Assembly: GCA_020439025.1 (NCBI GenBank)
Contig: JAGQTO010000083.1
Span: forward strand, 152-64,151
DNA: 64,000 nt
Direction: 5' to 3'
DNA from: Mycobacterium sp.
GTDB lineage: Bacteria > Actinomycetota > Actinomycetes > Mycobacteriales > Mycobacteriaceae
How positions within the stretch are numbered: position 1 is the first letter of the stretch; the number at the start of each line of letters is the position of its first letter. Below the pieces are notes generated by a model. It had not been told where the DNA came from. It searched no databases and saw nothing but the letters and a program-made list of their open reading frames with translations. Position numbers and translations under genes: made by a program. Below, piece by piece: positions 38,871-48,732 of this stretch.

Positions 38871-40427
38871 ATGAATTGGCTCGTCGGCATCGCCGAGTTC
38901 GTGGTCAACGAGATCCTCGCCGTTCCGGCCTATCTCATCGGCATCATCACCGCCGTCGGCCTGATCGCGCTGCGCAAGAGCACCGGCCAGGTCATCGGCG
39001 GCGCACTCAAAGCCACCCTGGGTTTCCTGCTGATCGGGGCGGGCGCCACCCTGGTGGTGGCCTCGCTGCGACCGCTCGGGGTGATGATCCAGGGCGCGGC
39101 CGGCACCCAGGGCGTGGTGCCCACCAACGAGGCCATCGTCGGCATCGCGCAGAAGGAGTTCGGCGCCCAGGTCGCCTGGCTGATGATCCTCGGATTCGCG
39201 ATCAGCCTGCTGCTGGCCCGATTCACCCCGCTGCACTACGTCTTCCTCACCGGCCACCACACCCTGTTCATGGCCACCCTGTTGACCATCGTGCTGGCCA
39301 CTGCCGGTCTGCCGGGTGCAACCGTCGTCCTGGTGGGTGGCCTGCTGCTGGGTGTGGTGATGGTGGCACTGCCGGCCATCTCCCAACCGTGGACCAAACG
39401 GATCACCGGCGATGACAGCATCGCCGTAGGCCATTTCGGCACCCTGGGGTACATCGCGGCAGGGATCACCGGACGATTCGCCGGCGGATCCAAGAGCCGC
39501 TCCACCGAGGATCTGAAACTGCCTGAGGGACTTCGCTTCCTGCGCGATTCCATGGTGGCGACCGCACTGTCGATGGTGCTGATGTACCTGGCGGTGTCGC
39601 TGATCTATCTGGCCAAAGTCGGCAGCGGAACGGCCTTCGCCGCCTTCGCCGACGAATCGGGTACCGGTGCGGCCACCGACGTCGGCAACTATCTGATGAT
39701 GGGTGTGACGCAGGGCCTGAGTTTCGGGGTCGCCGTCGCGGTGATCCTGTTCGGCGTCCGCACCATCCTCGGCGAGTTGGTGCCGGCGTTCCAGGGCATC
39801 GCCGAGCGAATGGTGCCCGGCGCGGTGCCCGCCCTCGACGCCCCGATCGTGTTCCCCTACGCCCAGAACGCGGTGCTGATCGGGTTCGTCTCGAGTTTCA
39901 TCGGCGGTCTGGTTGGCCTAGGGGTGCTGTCGCTCTGGCTGGGCCCGGCCTTCGGGTGGGTGCTGGTGTTGCCCGGCCTGGTTCCGCACTTCTTCACCGG
40001 CGGTGCCGCGGGGGTGTTCGGCAACGCCACCGGCGGCCGCCGCGGTGCGGTCGCCGGCGCCTTCGTCAACGGCCTGCTCATCACCTTCCTGCCCGCCCTG
40101 CTGGTCAAGGTGCTCGGTTCGTTCGGCGAGGAGAACACCACCTTCGGTGACGCCGATTTCGGTTGGTACGGAATCCTTCTCGGCAACGCTGCCAAACTGG
40201 GTTCGGTGTGGGGTGTCGTCGCGATGCTGGCTGTCGGCGCGGGGTTGCTGGCCCTGGCCGTCGCGGTGCAGCGCCGCCTCGTCGACACCGACTGGGACCC
40301 GTCGCCGGGGCGGGCATTGCCGGCATCCGTTGAGGCGACTGGTGCCGAGCCGAGCAACGGCCGCAGCTATCCGAAGATCCCACCACCTGCGGGCGCTCCG
40401 ACTCCGCCATCGCCGCCAGCCGCCTGA
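38871..40427 (+). CDS. ulaA: PTS ascorbate-type transporter subunit IIC
   Basis: VPTNEAI, FLTGHH, AVGHFG, ELVPAFQGI, PALDAP, PHFFTGG, TFGDADF. Confidence 0.88.
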   Translation: MNWLVGIAEFVVNEILAVPAYLIGIITAVGLIALRKSTGQVIGGALKATLGFLLIGAGATLVVASLRPLGVMIQGAAGTQGVVPTNEAIVGIAQKEFGAQVAWLMILGFAISLLLARFTPLHYVFLTGHHTLFMATLLTIVLATAGLPGATVVLVGGLLLGVVMVALPAISQPWTKRITGDDSIAVGHFGTLGYIAAGITGRFAGGSKSRSTEDLKLPEGLRFLRDSMVATALSMVLMYLAVSLIYLAKVGSGTAFAAFADESGTGAATDVGNYLMMGVTQGLSFGVAVAVILFGVRTILGELVPAFQGIAERMVPGAVPALDAPIVFPYAQNAVLIGFVSSFIGGLVGLGVLSLWLGPAFGWVLVLPGLVPHFFTGGAAGVFGNATGGRRGAVAGAFVNGLLITFLPALLVKVLGSFGEENTTFGDADFGWYGILLGNAAKLGSVWGVVAMLAVGAGLLALAVAVQRRLVDTDWDPSPGRALPASVEATGAEPSNGRSYPKIPPPAGAPTPPSPPAA

Positions 40428-40488
40428 CGGCCCGCAATCGACGGCATCGGTGATGCCGGCGGGCCGGTGGGCGGCTTTGGCGGCGACC

Positions 40489-41061
40489 TCAGCGTCGACG
40501 CAGCCGGTACCAGGTCCCAGCGACGCTGCGGTGCAGCAACTTTCGGCGGATGATGAAGTCTTTTGGCTTGCTGTCCTCAACGATGAAGTCCCGCCCGAAC
40601 GCATCGGGAATCTCTCCGGGCTTCAGGCCGATGCCCTGCCACATCAATAGCGGGGTACCTGGATCGAGCAGCGCGCTCAGTTGGGCCACATACTCCGGTC
40701 TGGCGTCGCGCGGAAGTGTGTGGTAACCGCCCATGTCGATTACCAGGTCGATCGGCCGGGCGATGTCGAGTTCGTCGAGCTTGGTCGCATCGCCTTCGAT
40801 GAAGTGCGCGTTCGGGACTGCGTGCGCATCGGCTCGGGCCTTGCCGATCGCCACCGCTGAGAAGTCGACACCGGTGGCCCGCCATCCGTGCTCAGCCAGG
40901 TAGATGACGTTGGCGCCGGTTCCGCAACCGACGTCGAGGGCGTGGCCTGGGGGCAGTGCGTCAGGTCCCTCGATGGCCTCCCGTAGCTCGGCGGGTGGCG
41001 GGGCGTCCCACGGCGGTTTGCCCAGGCGGTACAGGGTGTCGACCAGAAGCCGTCGCCACAT
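40489..41061 (-). CDS. Class I SAM-dependent methyltransferase (TPMT/Rv0560c-like)
   Basis: PPWD, ALDVGCGTG, GVDFS, GDAT, DMGGYH; aaggag RBS. Confidence 0.82.
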   Translation of the reverse strand: MWRRLLVDTLYRLGKPPWDAPPPAELREAIEGPDALPPGHALDVGCGTGANVIYLAEHGWRATGVDFSAVAIGKARADAHAVPNAHFIEGDATKLDELDIARPIDLVIDMGGYHTLPRDARPEYVAQLSALLDPGTPLLMWQGIGLKPGEIPDAFGRDFIVEDSKPKDFIIRRKLLHRSVAGTWYRLRRR

Positions 41062-41101
41062 TGTGATCCTCCTTGAATTGGGTGTTCTGAGCGGGCGGGT
41101 G

Positions 41102-42634
41102 TCACGAGGACGGCGCATGCGGTTCGCTAACGTCCAGGTGCCGAAGTTCGACGAATCGCGTCAGCTCGTCGCTGGAGTCGGTGGGCCCCAACGCCAGCGC
41201 GACATAGCCATCGGGGCGCACCAGGTAGCTCGCGTCGCGCTGGACACCGGCGCGGTGCGCGGCGTCGCTCCACGGGAACCGATGCACCGGCAGCCCGAGT
41301 TGATCCGCGGCCTCGGCCACACCGTTCGCCGGTCGGCCGTAGTTATGCAATTGCCAGGACATTGTCTGCAGTGCTGCGAAGTTGTCACCCTGGTCGGTGG
41401 AGATCCACGGCAGCCGGTCACCACCCCGGAGAGCCCCCGCCTTGCCCTGATTGAAGGAGCATCGCCGGTAGGAGATCCGCGTCTGGGAGAAGGTCTTGAA
41501 GAACAGCCGACGGGATAGGGAGAACCTCATCACCGTCGACACGATCCTCGGCACCAGATGGACGCGGGCCGCTCGGGCGATGCGGCCGTCATCGACCAGG
41601 ACCCTGAACGCCCGGTCGGTGGTGGCAACGAGGAACCGGGCGAAGGGAAGCCGCTCCCGTTCATAGGTGTCCAGCAACCCGGAATCCGCACGCTCGTGCA
41701 TGACATCGGCGATCTTCCACGACAGGTTTACCGCGTCGCCGATGCCGGTTTTCATGCCCTGACCGCCGGCCGGGCTGTGAATGTGGCCGGCGTCACCGGC
41801 GATGAACACCCGCCCGCTGCGGAAGCGCTCCGCGACACGGTGGTGGACGTGATAAGTGGAGAACCAGTTCACCTGTCCCACAGAGAATCCCAGCAGTGAT
41901 TCCGAATGATCGCCGACATCAGCCCAGCCGATGGATTGTTGCGCTCCGACTCCCGGCGGGACCAGGCCGAATATCCGGTAGGAACCCGTGGTGCGCACCG
42001 GCATCATCAACGCCAGACCGTCGCCACTCAAGCCCAGATACAGAACGTCGTGGGCCGCACCGGCCACCATAGCGTCGGCGACGTAGAACATCTGCTCGGA
42101 GGATCCGCCGGGGAAACCGATCCCAAGCACCTCCAGTACCCGACTGTGGGCACCGTCGCAGCCGATGATGTAGGCGTAAACGGATCGTTGGATCGAAGCA
42201 CCGGAACGGATGACGGCCTCGACCTCCTCACCGCGATCGACGAAGTCCTCCAGCGTGGCGCCCCAGTCCACGGCGACCCCCAGATCGGCCAGCCGGTCCA
42301 GCAGAAACCGCTCATGTTGATCTTGCGGGAACGTCAGCATGTAGGGATACGGGCTGAGCCCGGCCCCCATGACCCGCAGTGAGAATCGTGCGCCGTCACG
42401 ATCACGGGCTCGAAAGCGGATCTCCTTCGCGGCCATTCCGCGATCCACAACGGCCTCGGCGAATCCGAATTGCCGGTAGAACTCCAGGGTGCGGGCATGT
42501 ACGCCCATAGCGCGGGATTCTTCAGCGGGGCCTTCCTTCGCATCGATGATGTGCACCGGCACCCCGCGCCGCGCCAGGACCAGAGCCATCACGAGACCGG
42601 TGGGTCCTGCGCCGACGACCAATACGGGCTTCAT
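41102..42634 (-). CDS. FAD-dependent monooxygenase (aromatic hydroxylase family)
   Basis: GAGPTG, GCDGAHS, AGDAGHIHSPAGGQGM, YLVRPDGYV. Confidence 0.88.
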   Translation of the reverse strand: MKPVLVVGAGPTGLVMALVLARRGVPVHIIDAKEGPAEESRAMGVHARTLEFYRQFGFAEAVVDRGMAAKEIRFRARDRDGARFSLRVMGAGLSPYPYMLTFPQDQHERFLLDRLADLGVAVDWGATLEDFVDRGEEVEAVIRSGASIQRSVYAYIIGCDGAHSRVLEVLGIGFPGGSSEQMFYVADAMVAGAAHDVLYLGLSGDGLALMMPVRTTGSYRIFGLVPPGVGAQQSIGWADVGDHSESLLGFSVGQVNWFSTYHVHHRVAERFRSGRVFIAGDAGHIHSPAGGQGMKTGIGDAVNLSWKIADVMHERADSGLLDTYERERLPFARFLVATTDRAFRVLVDDGRIARAARVHLVPRIVSTVMRFSLSRRLFFKTFSQTRISYRRCSFNQGKAGALRGGDRLPWISTDQGDNFAALQTMSWQLHNYGRPANGVAEAADQLGLPVHRFPWSDAAHRAGVQRDASYLVRPDGYVALALGPTDSSDELTRFVELRHLDVSEPHAPSS

Positions 42635-42652
42635 GCGCGCGGACCTCCACTA

Positions 42653-42717
42653 GACTCAAAAATGACTTCTGAGTCAGTATTGTATCAACAACATGACTCG
42701 ATGGTCATTTTTGAGTC
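42653..42717. promoter_or_regulatory. TetR operator region: 14-bp inverted repeat with two TGAC-N6-GTCA palindromes
   Basis: gactcaaaaatgac (42653-42666) / gtcatttttgagtc (42704-42717); tgacttctgagtca and tgactcgatggtca. Confidence 0.75.
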
Positions 42718-42736
42718 GAACGAGGAGGGCCGCCTG

Positions 42737-43372
42737 GTGGAAGCGGACACACCCGGGGCGCGGCGTCGGCGCGGTCCGAGCACCCACAAGACCGCCCAAA
42801 CGCGTGCGGCGGTAGCCCGCGCGGCGTTGGAGCTGTTCCTCGAGCGCGGCTACCGCGCCACCCGCATCGATGATGTCGCGCAGCGCGCCGGGGTGGCCAA
42901 AGGCACCGTCTACCTTCACTTTGCCGACAAACAGGCACTCTTCACCGGCGTCATCAGCAGTGTGCTTGAGCAACGAGTCGATGCTTTGACCGCAGCGCGG
43001 CCCAATGCGGACGAGTCGCTGCGGGACTTCCTCAGCCGGGTGTTCACCCCATTGCTTGCCGCCGTCGAGGACTCCCCCTGGTCGGGGCTCATCAGGCTGG
43101 TCATGACCGAGGGCCGGCAGGCACCCGAGCTCGCCGACATCTACCGGCAGCGTGTGCTGGAGCCGGTGGCCGGCCAGATCCGCCACTGGGCGCGCCTGGC
43201 GGCCGAGCGCGGTGAACTCAGCGGTGACCCCCTGCAACGAAGTCCGTTACTGCTGCTCTCGCCGGCGATCCTGGCCACCATGTGGAACCGGCTCTACCCT
43301 GATGAGCCAATGAGCGCGGCGACAACGTTCGAAGGCTTTCTGGACCTGGCGTTCGGTCCGAGGCCTCGCTGA
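42737..43372 (+). CDS. TetR/AcrR family transcriptional regulator
   Basis: TRIDDVAQRAGVAKGTVYLHFADK; gaggag RBS. Confidence 0.9.
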   Translation: MEADTPGARRRRGPSTHKTAQTRAAVARAALELFLERGYRATRIDDVAQRAGVAKGTVYLHFADKQALFTGVISSVLEQRVDALTAARPNADESLRDFLSRVFTPLLAAVEDSPWSGLIRLVMTEGRQAPELADIYRQRVLEPVAGQIRHWARLAAERGELSGDPLQRSPLLLLSPAILATMWNRLYPDEPMSAATTFEGFLDLAFGPRPR

Positions 43373-43425
43373 ACGACGCCCAGCCCCGCAACAAGTCCCA
43401 GCCCCTAATCCGGCGGGAAGGTTCC

Positions 43426-44127
43426 TCAGTCGACGCCGGGCGGGAAGGAGATCACCTCGCCGCGGTTGATCGACACCCAGTCGCGGGCCTGGAGATACGG
43501 CTGCAAAGTCTCGAGGATCGCCTGCTCGTCGGCGGGGGCCTTCGGCCGCTGAAGTTCGTAGAGGTGCGGGAACTCCGTCCAGGCCAGCACGGCGTCCCAG
43601 AGCCGAAGGGCGGCGTCCCCACTCGGCGGGTCGATGAGCACCGGCCCGAACAGGCACTGGCCGTCGGGGAAGAACAGCGTCGGAACGCCATAGCCGCCGG
43701 CATCGACCACCCGCCGATGATCGGCCAGCACCTCGTCGCCGGTGCTCGGATCCGCGATCGCCTCGTCGACCAGAGCGGGGTCGAGGCCCAGCTCCTGCAG
43801 CAGATGCCTGGCGACGGCCGGATCGTGCGGTTTGTGCCCCTCGACGTGCAAGGCCCGCGCGGCTCGTTCGTACCAGGCGTCGACATCGGCCATCGAGCGG
43901 CGCCGCAGCAGCGCACCGATGCGCATCATCGACCAGCCGTAGGACCATTTCCGCTCCCAGGGGTGTTTCTTGCCCTCGACGCGGTTGATCTCCTCGAGGC
44001 TGAAGAATCGCCAGTTCACCTGAAGCCCGGTGAGATCCCGCACCTCGCGGATCCACCGGGATGTCTGGTAGGCGAAGGGGCACATCACGTCGAAGTGGAA
44101 ATCGATGTAGTCGGGCGAAGCGGCCAT
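43426..44127 (-). CDS. DsbA/thioredoxin-fold protein (Rv2466c-related), CPFA motif
   Basis: [30 protein letters not shown]. Confidence 0.8.
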   Translation of the reverse strand: MAASPDYIDFHFDVMCPFAYQTSRWIREVRDLTGLQVNWRFFSLEEINRVEGKKHPWERKWSYGWSMMRIGALLRRRSMADVDAWYERAARALHVEGHKPHDPAVARHLLQELGLDPALVDEAIADPSTGDEVLADHRRVVDAGGYGVPTLFFPDGQCLFGPVLIDPPSGDAALRLWDAVLAWTEFPHLYELQRPKAPADEQAILETLQPYLQARDWVSINRGEVISFPPGVD

Positions 44128-44131
44128 ACCG

Positions 44132-44647
44132 TCAGCCTGCCGCACTGGCCAGCATCGGCGGGCAGAGGCCCGCCGGGTCGGCGGTGAGCTCGAAGTGCCA
44201 GGGCTCGTTGGCGTAGGTCCGGCACAGTCCGTAGCGGGCGCCGTTGGCCATGAGCCACTGGTCGGCCGCCGGCCCGCCGATGTCGACGGCCTGGCCAAGG
44301 ACATGTCGGGAACCTTCCGGGGTCTGCACGTACTGCCGTGCGGCGGCCAGGCTTCCGTAGGTCGCCACGGCGTCGTCGAGCAGTTGCTGCTGGAACTGCG
44401 CCGAGCGCCACCCGGAGGTGATCGTCATCGCGACACCGTCGGCCGCCGCCGCCGTCGAGGCCCGCTGGACGGCGCCCAGCAGCGCGGGGTCGAGCAGCCC
44501 GACCGCCGGGTTCGCCACGTCGAACGGAGAGAGGGCTTGAACGGTGTTGTCGACCAGTCGCACCTGGGCCGGAGAAGCTGGCACCGGCGCTCCGGGACTC
44601 AGGACGACAGCGCCGACGAGGCCCGCCAGCAGGGTTGAGATTCGCAT
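44132..44647 (-). CDS. M15 family D-Ala-D-Ala carboxypeptidase (VanY-like)
   Basis: [17 protein letters not shown] (SxHxxGxAxD), NEPWH; signal peptide. Confidence 0.85.
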   Translation of the reverse strand: MRISTLLAGLVGAVVLSPGAPVPASPAQVRLVDNTVQALSPFDVANPAVGLLDPALLGAVQRASTAAAADGVAMTITSGWRSAQFQQQLLDDAVATYGSLAAARQYVQTPEGSRHVLGQAVDIGGPAADQWLMANGARYGLCRTYANEPWHFELTADPAGLCPPMLASAAG

Positions 44648-44744
44648 GGGATCTTCATTGTTTCAGACCCGGAGTCTTTGCGCCGAGACGCTCCGGCAGG
44701 CAGCATGATCGGCGACCGGGCCAGAATCGACCAGGGAGTGCCGC

Positions 44745-45998
44745 ATGGAACTCGTCCTTGCCTACGGCGTCGTCTTGCTGATCAGCGTCTCCCTGTCGGG
44801 CTTGGCCGCACGGACGGTGCTGTCCACCGCGCTGCTGTTCCTGGTCGGCGGGGCCCTTCTCGGCCCAGGCGGATTCGGTGTGGTCAACGCCAATGACGGG
44901 ACCGTCGCCGCACTGGCCGATATCGCCCTGTTCACGGTGTTGTTCACCGACGGCCAGCGGGCCAGCGTCCCGGCACTCAAGGAGGGCTGGCGACTGTCCG
45001 GGCGCGCGCTCGGGCTGGGCATGCCGCTGGCGATGGTCGGCGTCGCCATTCCCGCGCACTATCTGGCCGGCCTGGACTGGCCGACCGCGTTCCTGCTGGG
45101 CGCGATCCTCTCCCCGACCGACCCTGTGTTCGCCTCGGCGTTGGTGGGCCGCCACGACATCCCGCTGCGCTTGCGCAGACTGCTCAACGTCGAGTCCGGG
45201 CTCAACGACGGACTGGCGCTGCCCTTCGTGCTGATCTTCCTGGCCATGACCAAACACGAGAGCTCGCATATGAGCGTCGTGCTGCTCGAACTGCTCCTCG
45301 GCCTGGCCATCGGCATCGGCGTGGCGGTACTGGTCGCGCTCGCCTGGCGCAGCAACATCCTCACCGCTGAACCCCGACTTCAACCGCTCGGACCGGTCGC
45401 GATCGCGCTGGTGGTCTACGCGACCTGCCACCTGACCCACGCCAACCCCTATCTGGCGGCCTTCGCGGCAGGCTCGGCGCTGGCCACCGTCGACCACGTC
45501 GCCGCGGAAACCTTCGAGCCGCTCGGCGATCTACTCTCCGAACTCACCAAGTTCGCCGCCCTGCTGCTATTCGGCGCGCTGATCACACCGAACCGTCTGG
45601 CCGATCTGGGGTGGCAGGGTTGGGCGCTGGCGATCCTGGCCATCGTCGTGGTCCGTCCGGCCTCGATGCTGCTCTCGCTGATCCGCACCCCGATGCCGCG
45701 TGCGGAACGCCTCACCGCCGCCTGGTTCGGCCCCAAGGGTTTCGCTTCCGTGGTCTACGGCCTGCTGGTCCTGCAGGCCGGCATCCCCGATGGGGCAAAG
45801 CTCTTCGATCTCATCGCCGTGACGATCGCGCTGTCGATCATCCTGCACAGCTCGACCGACGTGCCCGTCGCGCACAAACTGCGCATCGAGCCGCCCGACC
45901 ACCTGCCGGCCGGGCACGAACCGGCCGAGGCTCCGCCCGCCGAACACCTGCTGCACAGCCACGGGGCGCACCACAAGCCCGGAAATCCGAACCTGTAG
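44745..45998 (+). CDS. Cation:proton antiporter (NhaP/CPA1 type)
   Basis: LSPTDPV, ESGLNDG, VVRP, WFGPKG; His-rich tail. Confidence 0.88.
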   Translation: MELVLAYGVVLLISVSLSGLAARTVLSTALLFLVGGALLGPGGFGVVNANDGTVAALADIALFTVLFTDGQRASVPALKEGWRLSGRALGLGMPLAMVGVAIPAHYLAGLDWPTAFLLGAILSPTDPVFASALVGRHDIPLRLRRLLNVESGLNDGLALPFVLIFLAMTKHESSHMSVVLLELLLGLAIGIGVAVLVALAWRSNILTAEPRLQPLGPVAIALVVYATCHLTHANPYLAAFAAGSALATVDHVAAETFEPLGDLLSELTKFAALLLFGALITPNRLADLGWQGWALAILAIVVVRPASMLLSLIRTPMPRAERLTAAWFGPKGFASVVYGLLVLQAGIPDGAKLFDLIAVTIALSIILHSSTDVPVAHKLRIEPPDHLPAGHEPAEAPPAEHLLHSHGAHHKPGNPNL

Positions 45999-46030
45999 TG
46001 CGCCCCGGATAGCTTGGCGCGAGCCGTCGG

Positions 46031-47335
46031 TCAGTCGCCGGAACCCGCCCTGGCGGCACGCTTGGCGGTGCGGTTTCCGCCGGCCGACTTCGACGCGCCC
46101 GCGGAAGCGGCCTCGACGCCTACCCGGGCGCCGGCGGCTGCACTTCGGACCGCACGCTCGGGCGACTCGTCGGCGACCGGTGCCGCGGTGTCGGCTGCCG
46201 CAGGAACCTCGACCGCAGAGGCCTCGACGGCGGCCTCGACTGCGGGGGCCTCCACGGCCGGGGCCTCCACGGCGGGGGCCTCGACGGCGGCGTCGGCAGC
46301 TTCCAGAGCGGCCGCAGCCTTGGGGGCCGAGACCGCCTCCGCAGGAGATGCCGCTGCCGCGGGCGCCGTCGCGGTCAACGCCTCAGCCACATTCCAGTAA
46401 CCGGACTGGAACACCGTCCGCGCGCTCGGAACGAAGTTGGCCGGGATATCGGTCTCGGGGTCGACGATCGGCCCGGTCTGCACGCCAGCGCCGGTGGTCA
46501 GATTGAGGACCAGGCCGGGCAGCCCGGACGGACCGAAGATGCCGTCGACGGCGGTGTTCCAGGCACCCTCCCAGTCACCGGAGGAAAGCTTGGTGATCCA
46601 GGTGGTGGCGATCTCGACCGTCTTCTCGGCCAGGACGGTGGCACCGCCGATCCCGGCCGTCACCGCTGTCGCGGCAATCAGGGGGATAGCACTGATCACC
46701 GCGACGGTCTTAGCGACGAAGTCGGTCAGGATGTAGCCGCCGGTGGCGATGAGTGCCTCGCCAGCGGTGGTGATCGGGGCGATGACGGCGTCGGTCAGGA
46801 CGGTGATCGCCTCTCCGATCTGCCCGCCGACGGCCAGCTGAAAGGCCTCGAGGGCGGCCGCGGGGAAGTCCCACACCCCGGCGCTGAGCGCAGCGATGGA
46901 GCCGGTGAGACCGCTGATACCGACGTTGATGTAGTTGAACAGGTTGACTTCCAGCTGCCGGATGACCGGTCCCGCGTCGGTGACGTTCTGCGCCAGCAGG
47001 CCTACGTTGTTGTAGAAGCCCAGCGAGGCCTCGTTGGCGAGCAGGGCGTTCAGCACGTCGCCGCCGGTCTGATCAAATCCGGCGAACGGCCAGTTAAGTT
47101 CACCCGCACCTGGAGTCGGAGCATCGAAGTAGTAGGTCCCGAAGATGTAGTTCTGACCCTGCTCGAGGACCCCGAGCAGCTGCTCGATCGGGTTGCTCAA
47201 CGCCGACAGCGCGACCGAAGCCGAGGGCATCGGCAGCACGGGAAGCTGCTGCTGGACGCCGGCGACCGCCACGGAACTGGCGCCGAGGAATGCCGCAGTT
47301 CCTGCGATGAACTGCGAGCGCAGAGAGATGAGCAC
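46031..47335 (-). CDS. Secreted/surface hypothetical protein with AVEAP repeats
   Basis: Signal-like N-terminus, helical core, Ala/Glu/Pro repeat tail; GC3-biased codons. Confidence 0.75.
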   Translation of the reverse strand: MLISLRSQFIAGTAAFLGASSVAVAGVQQQLPVLPMPSASVALSALSNPIEQLLGVLEQGQNYIFGTYYFDAPTPGAGELNWPFAGFDQTGGDVLNALLANEASLGFYNNVGLLAQNVTDAGPVIRQLEVNLFNYINVGISGLTGSIAALSAGVWDFPAAALEAFQLAVGGQIGEAITVLTDAVIAPITTAGEALIATGGYILTDFVAKTVAVISAIPLIAATAVTAGIGGATVLAEKTVEIATTWITKLSSGDWEGAWNTAVDGIFGPSGLPGLVLNLTTGAGVQTGPIVDPETDIPANFVPSARTVFQSGYWNVAEALTATAPAAAASPAEAVSAPKAAAALEAADAAVEAPAVEAPAVEAPAVEAAVEASAVEVPAAADTAAPVADESPERAVRSAAAGARVGVEAASAGASKSAGGNRTAKRAARAGSGD

Positions 47336-47440
47336 GTGAAAAATCCTTCCGGTAAAAACACTGTCCGCGCTGGTGTGAGCGCGGGCGCAGCGACGATACC
47401 GGAGGTATCGGGCATTTGCGGAACCGAGCAGGTCGCCCGC

Positions 47441-47830
47441 TCAGCCCTTCACGGTGAAGTCGGTCCGGATGCCGTCGCCCACCATTCCCGGCTTGCAGGC
47501 CACCACGTAGGTCCCGGGTGCGGCTAATTCAACTTTCAGGTCACGCTTCAGCCCGGGCGAGATGTTCTCGACCTCGCCGACCACACCCCCGCTAGGGTTG
47601 TAGACGTAGAGCTCGGTCACCTTGGCGCCGTTGTTGGTGACGGCGAAGGTGACCGGGCCGACGGCGGCTTCGGCGACCGACAGTGCGCACCCGGTGTCGG
47701 TGGCGTCGACGCTGACCTCGGTGCCGGCATCGGCAGCACTGTCGGTCGCGGATTCCTTGGCGGCGCAGCCGCTGGCGCCGGCACCGATGAGGACGGCGGC
47801 GAGAACCGCCGCGGCGGACCTGGGAGTCAC
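47441..47830 (-). CDS. Cupredoxin-domain lipoprotein (EfeO N-terminal domain only)
   Basis: Lipobox ASGC, C...VTNNGAKVTELY...GEVENISPG...GTYVVACKPGMVG; stops at 129 aa with no M75 domain. Confidence 0.82.
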   Translation of the reverse strand: MTPRSAAAVLAAVLIGAGASGCAAKESATDSAADAGTEVSVDATDTGCALSVAEAAVGPVTFAVTNNGAKVTELYVYNPSGGVVGEVENISPGLKRDLKVELAAPGTYVVACKPGMVGDGIRTDFTVKG

Positions 47831-48717
47831 GTGGTGGACCTTTCCATCGTTGGGTTAGCGGAGGTGGCGGGGTGCCCGGGGGTAGGAGCGGGCCGTAGGA
47901 ACAGAGTGAGCACGATCGACAGATAGGCCAGCCAGCACACCAGCTGCAGCACTGTGGGCGTCGGGGTGATGTTGAAGATTCCCTGGAAGGTTTCGCCGTA
48001 CCAGGAGTTCCAGTTGATCCAGGTGCTGATATCGAAGGCGTGCTGCCCGAGCCCGGGCAGCCAGCCGACGGTCTGCAGCGCCCCGATGCCGTAGGACAGG
48101 ATGCCGGCCGCCACCACGATGAGGAACACCCCGGTGTAGGAGAAGAATTTCGACAGGTTGATCCGGACGGCGCCGGCGTACATGCCCCAGGTGATCGCCC
48201 CGGCGACACTCACGCCGATCAGCAGTCCCAGCAGCGGCCACGCCGTGGTCGCCTCGGCGTAGCCGGCCATGAACAGCCCGGTTTCCACGCCCTCGCGCCC
48301 CACGGCCAGGAAGGACAGCATCACGATGGCCAGCGCGCCGGTCTCCAGCGCCTTGGACATCCCGGCCTTCAGGTCACCGGACAACCCCGCGGCGGCCCGG
48401 TGCATCCACAGCACCATCGACGTCACGATCACGACGGCGACCAGGGAAGCGACGCCGGCGACTGCCTCGGCGGCCAGACCGCTGACCGAATAGGCGCTGT
48501 AGAGAATCGCCAGGAACACCCCGACGGTGACTGCGATCGCCCCGCCGACGCCCAGCCAGACCCACTTCAGCGCATCACGGCGGTCCGCTTTTACCAGAAA
48601 CGCGATCAGGATCATCACGACGATGCCCGCCTCCAGGCCCTCCCGGAGCCCGATCAGGCCGCTGCCCAGCAGCTGGGCGGACACATCCGGTCCCGACGCC
48701 GTCAGCAAGTCGGTCAT
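47827..48717 (-). CDS. efeU: FTR1-family iron permease EfeU
   Basis: Two REGxE motifs (LREGLE, GREGVE); 7 TM. Confidence 0.9.
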   Translation of the reverse strand: MTDLLTASGPDVSAQLLGSGLIGLREGLEAGIVVMILIAFLVKADRRDALKWVWLGVGGAIAVTVGVFLAILYSAYSVSGLAAEAVAGVASLVAVVIVTSMVLWMHRAAAGLSGDLKAGMSKALETGALAIVMLSFLAVGREGVETGLFMAGYAEATTAWPLLGLLIGVSVAGAITWGMYAGAVRINLSKFFSYTGVFLIVVAAGILSYGIGALQTVGWLPGLGQHAFDISTWINWNSWYGETFQGIFNITPTPTVLQLVCWLAYLSIVLTLFLRPAPTPGHPATSANPTMERSTT

Positions 48718-48732
48718 CCCACCCCCATCAAT

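Noticed and set aside
36255-39434. 1059-aa minus-strand ORF
   Set aside because: Only the last ~230 aa (DUF1524 HNH) are real; the rest is the antisense shadow of the LLM and PTS genes in high-GC DNA.
44132-44647. Vancomycin resistance locus
   Set aside because: Lone M15 peptidase without vanHAX or vanRS.
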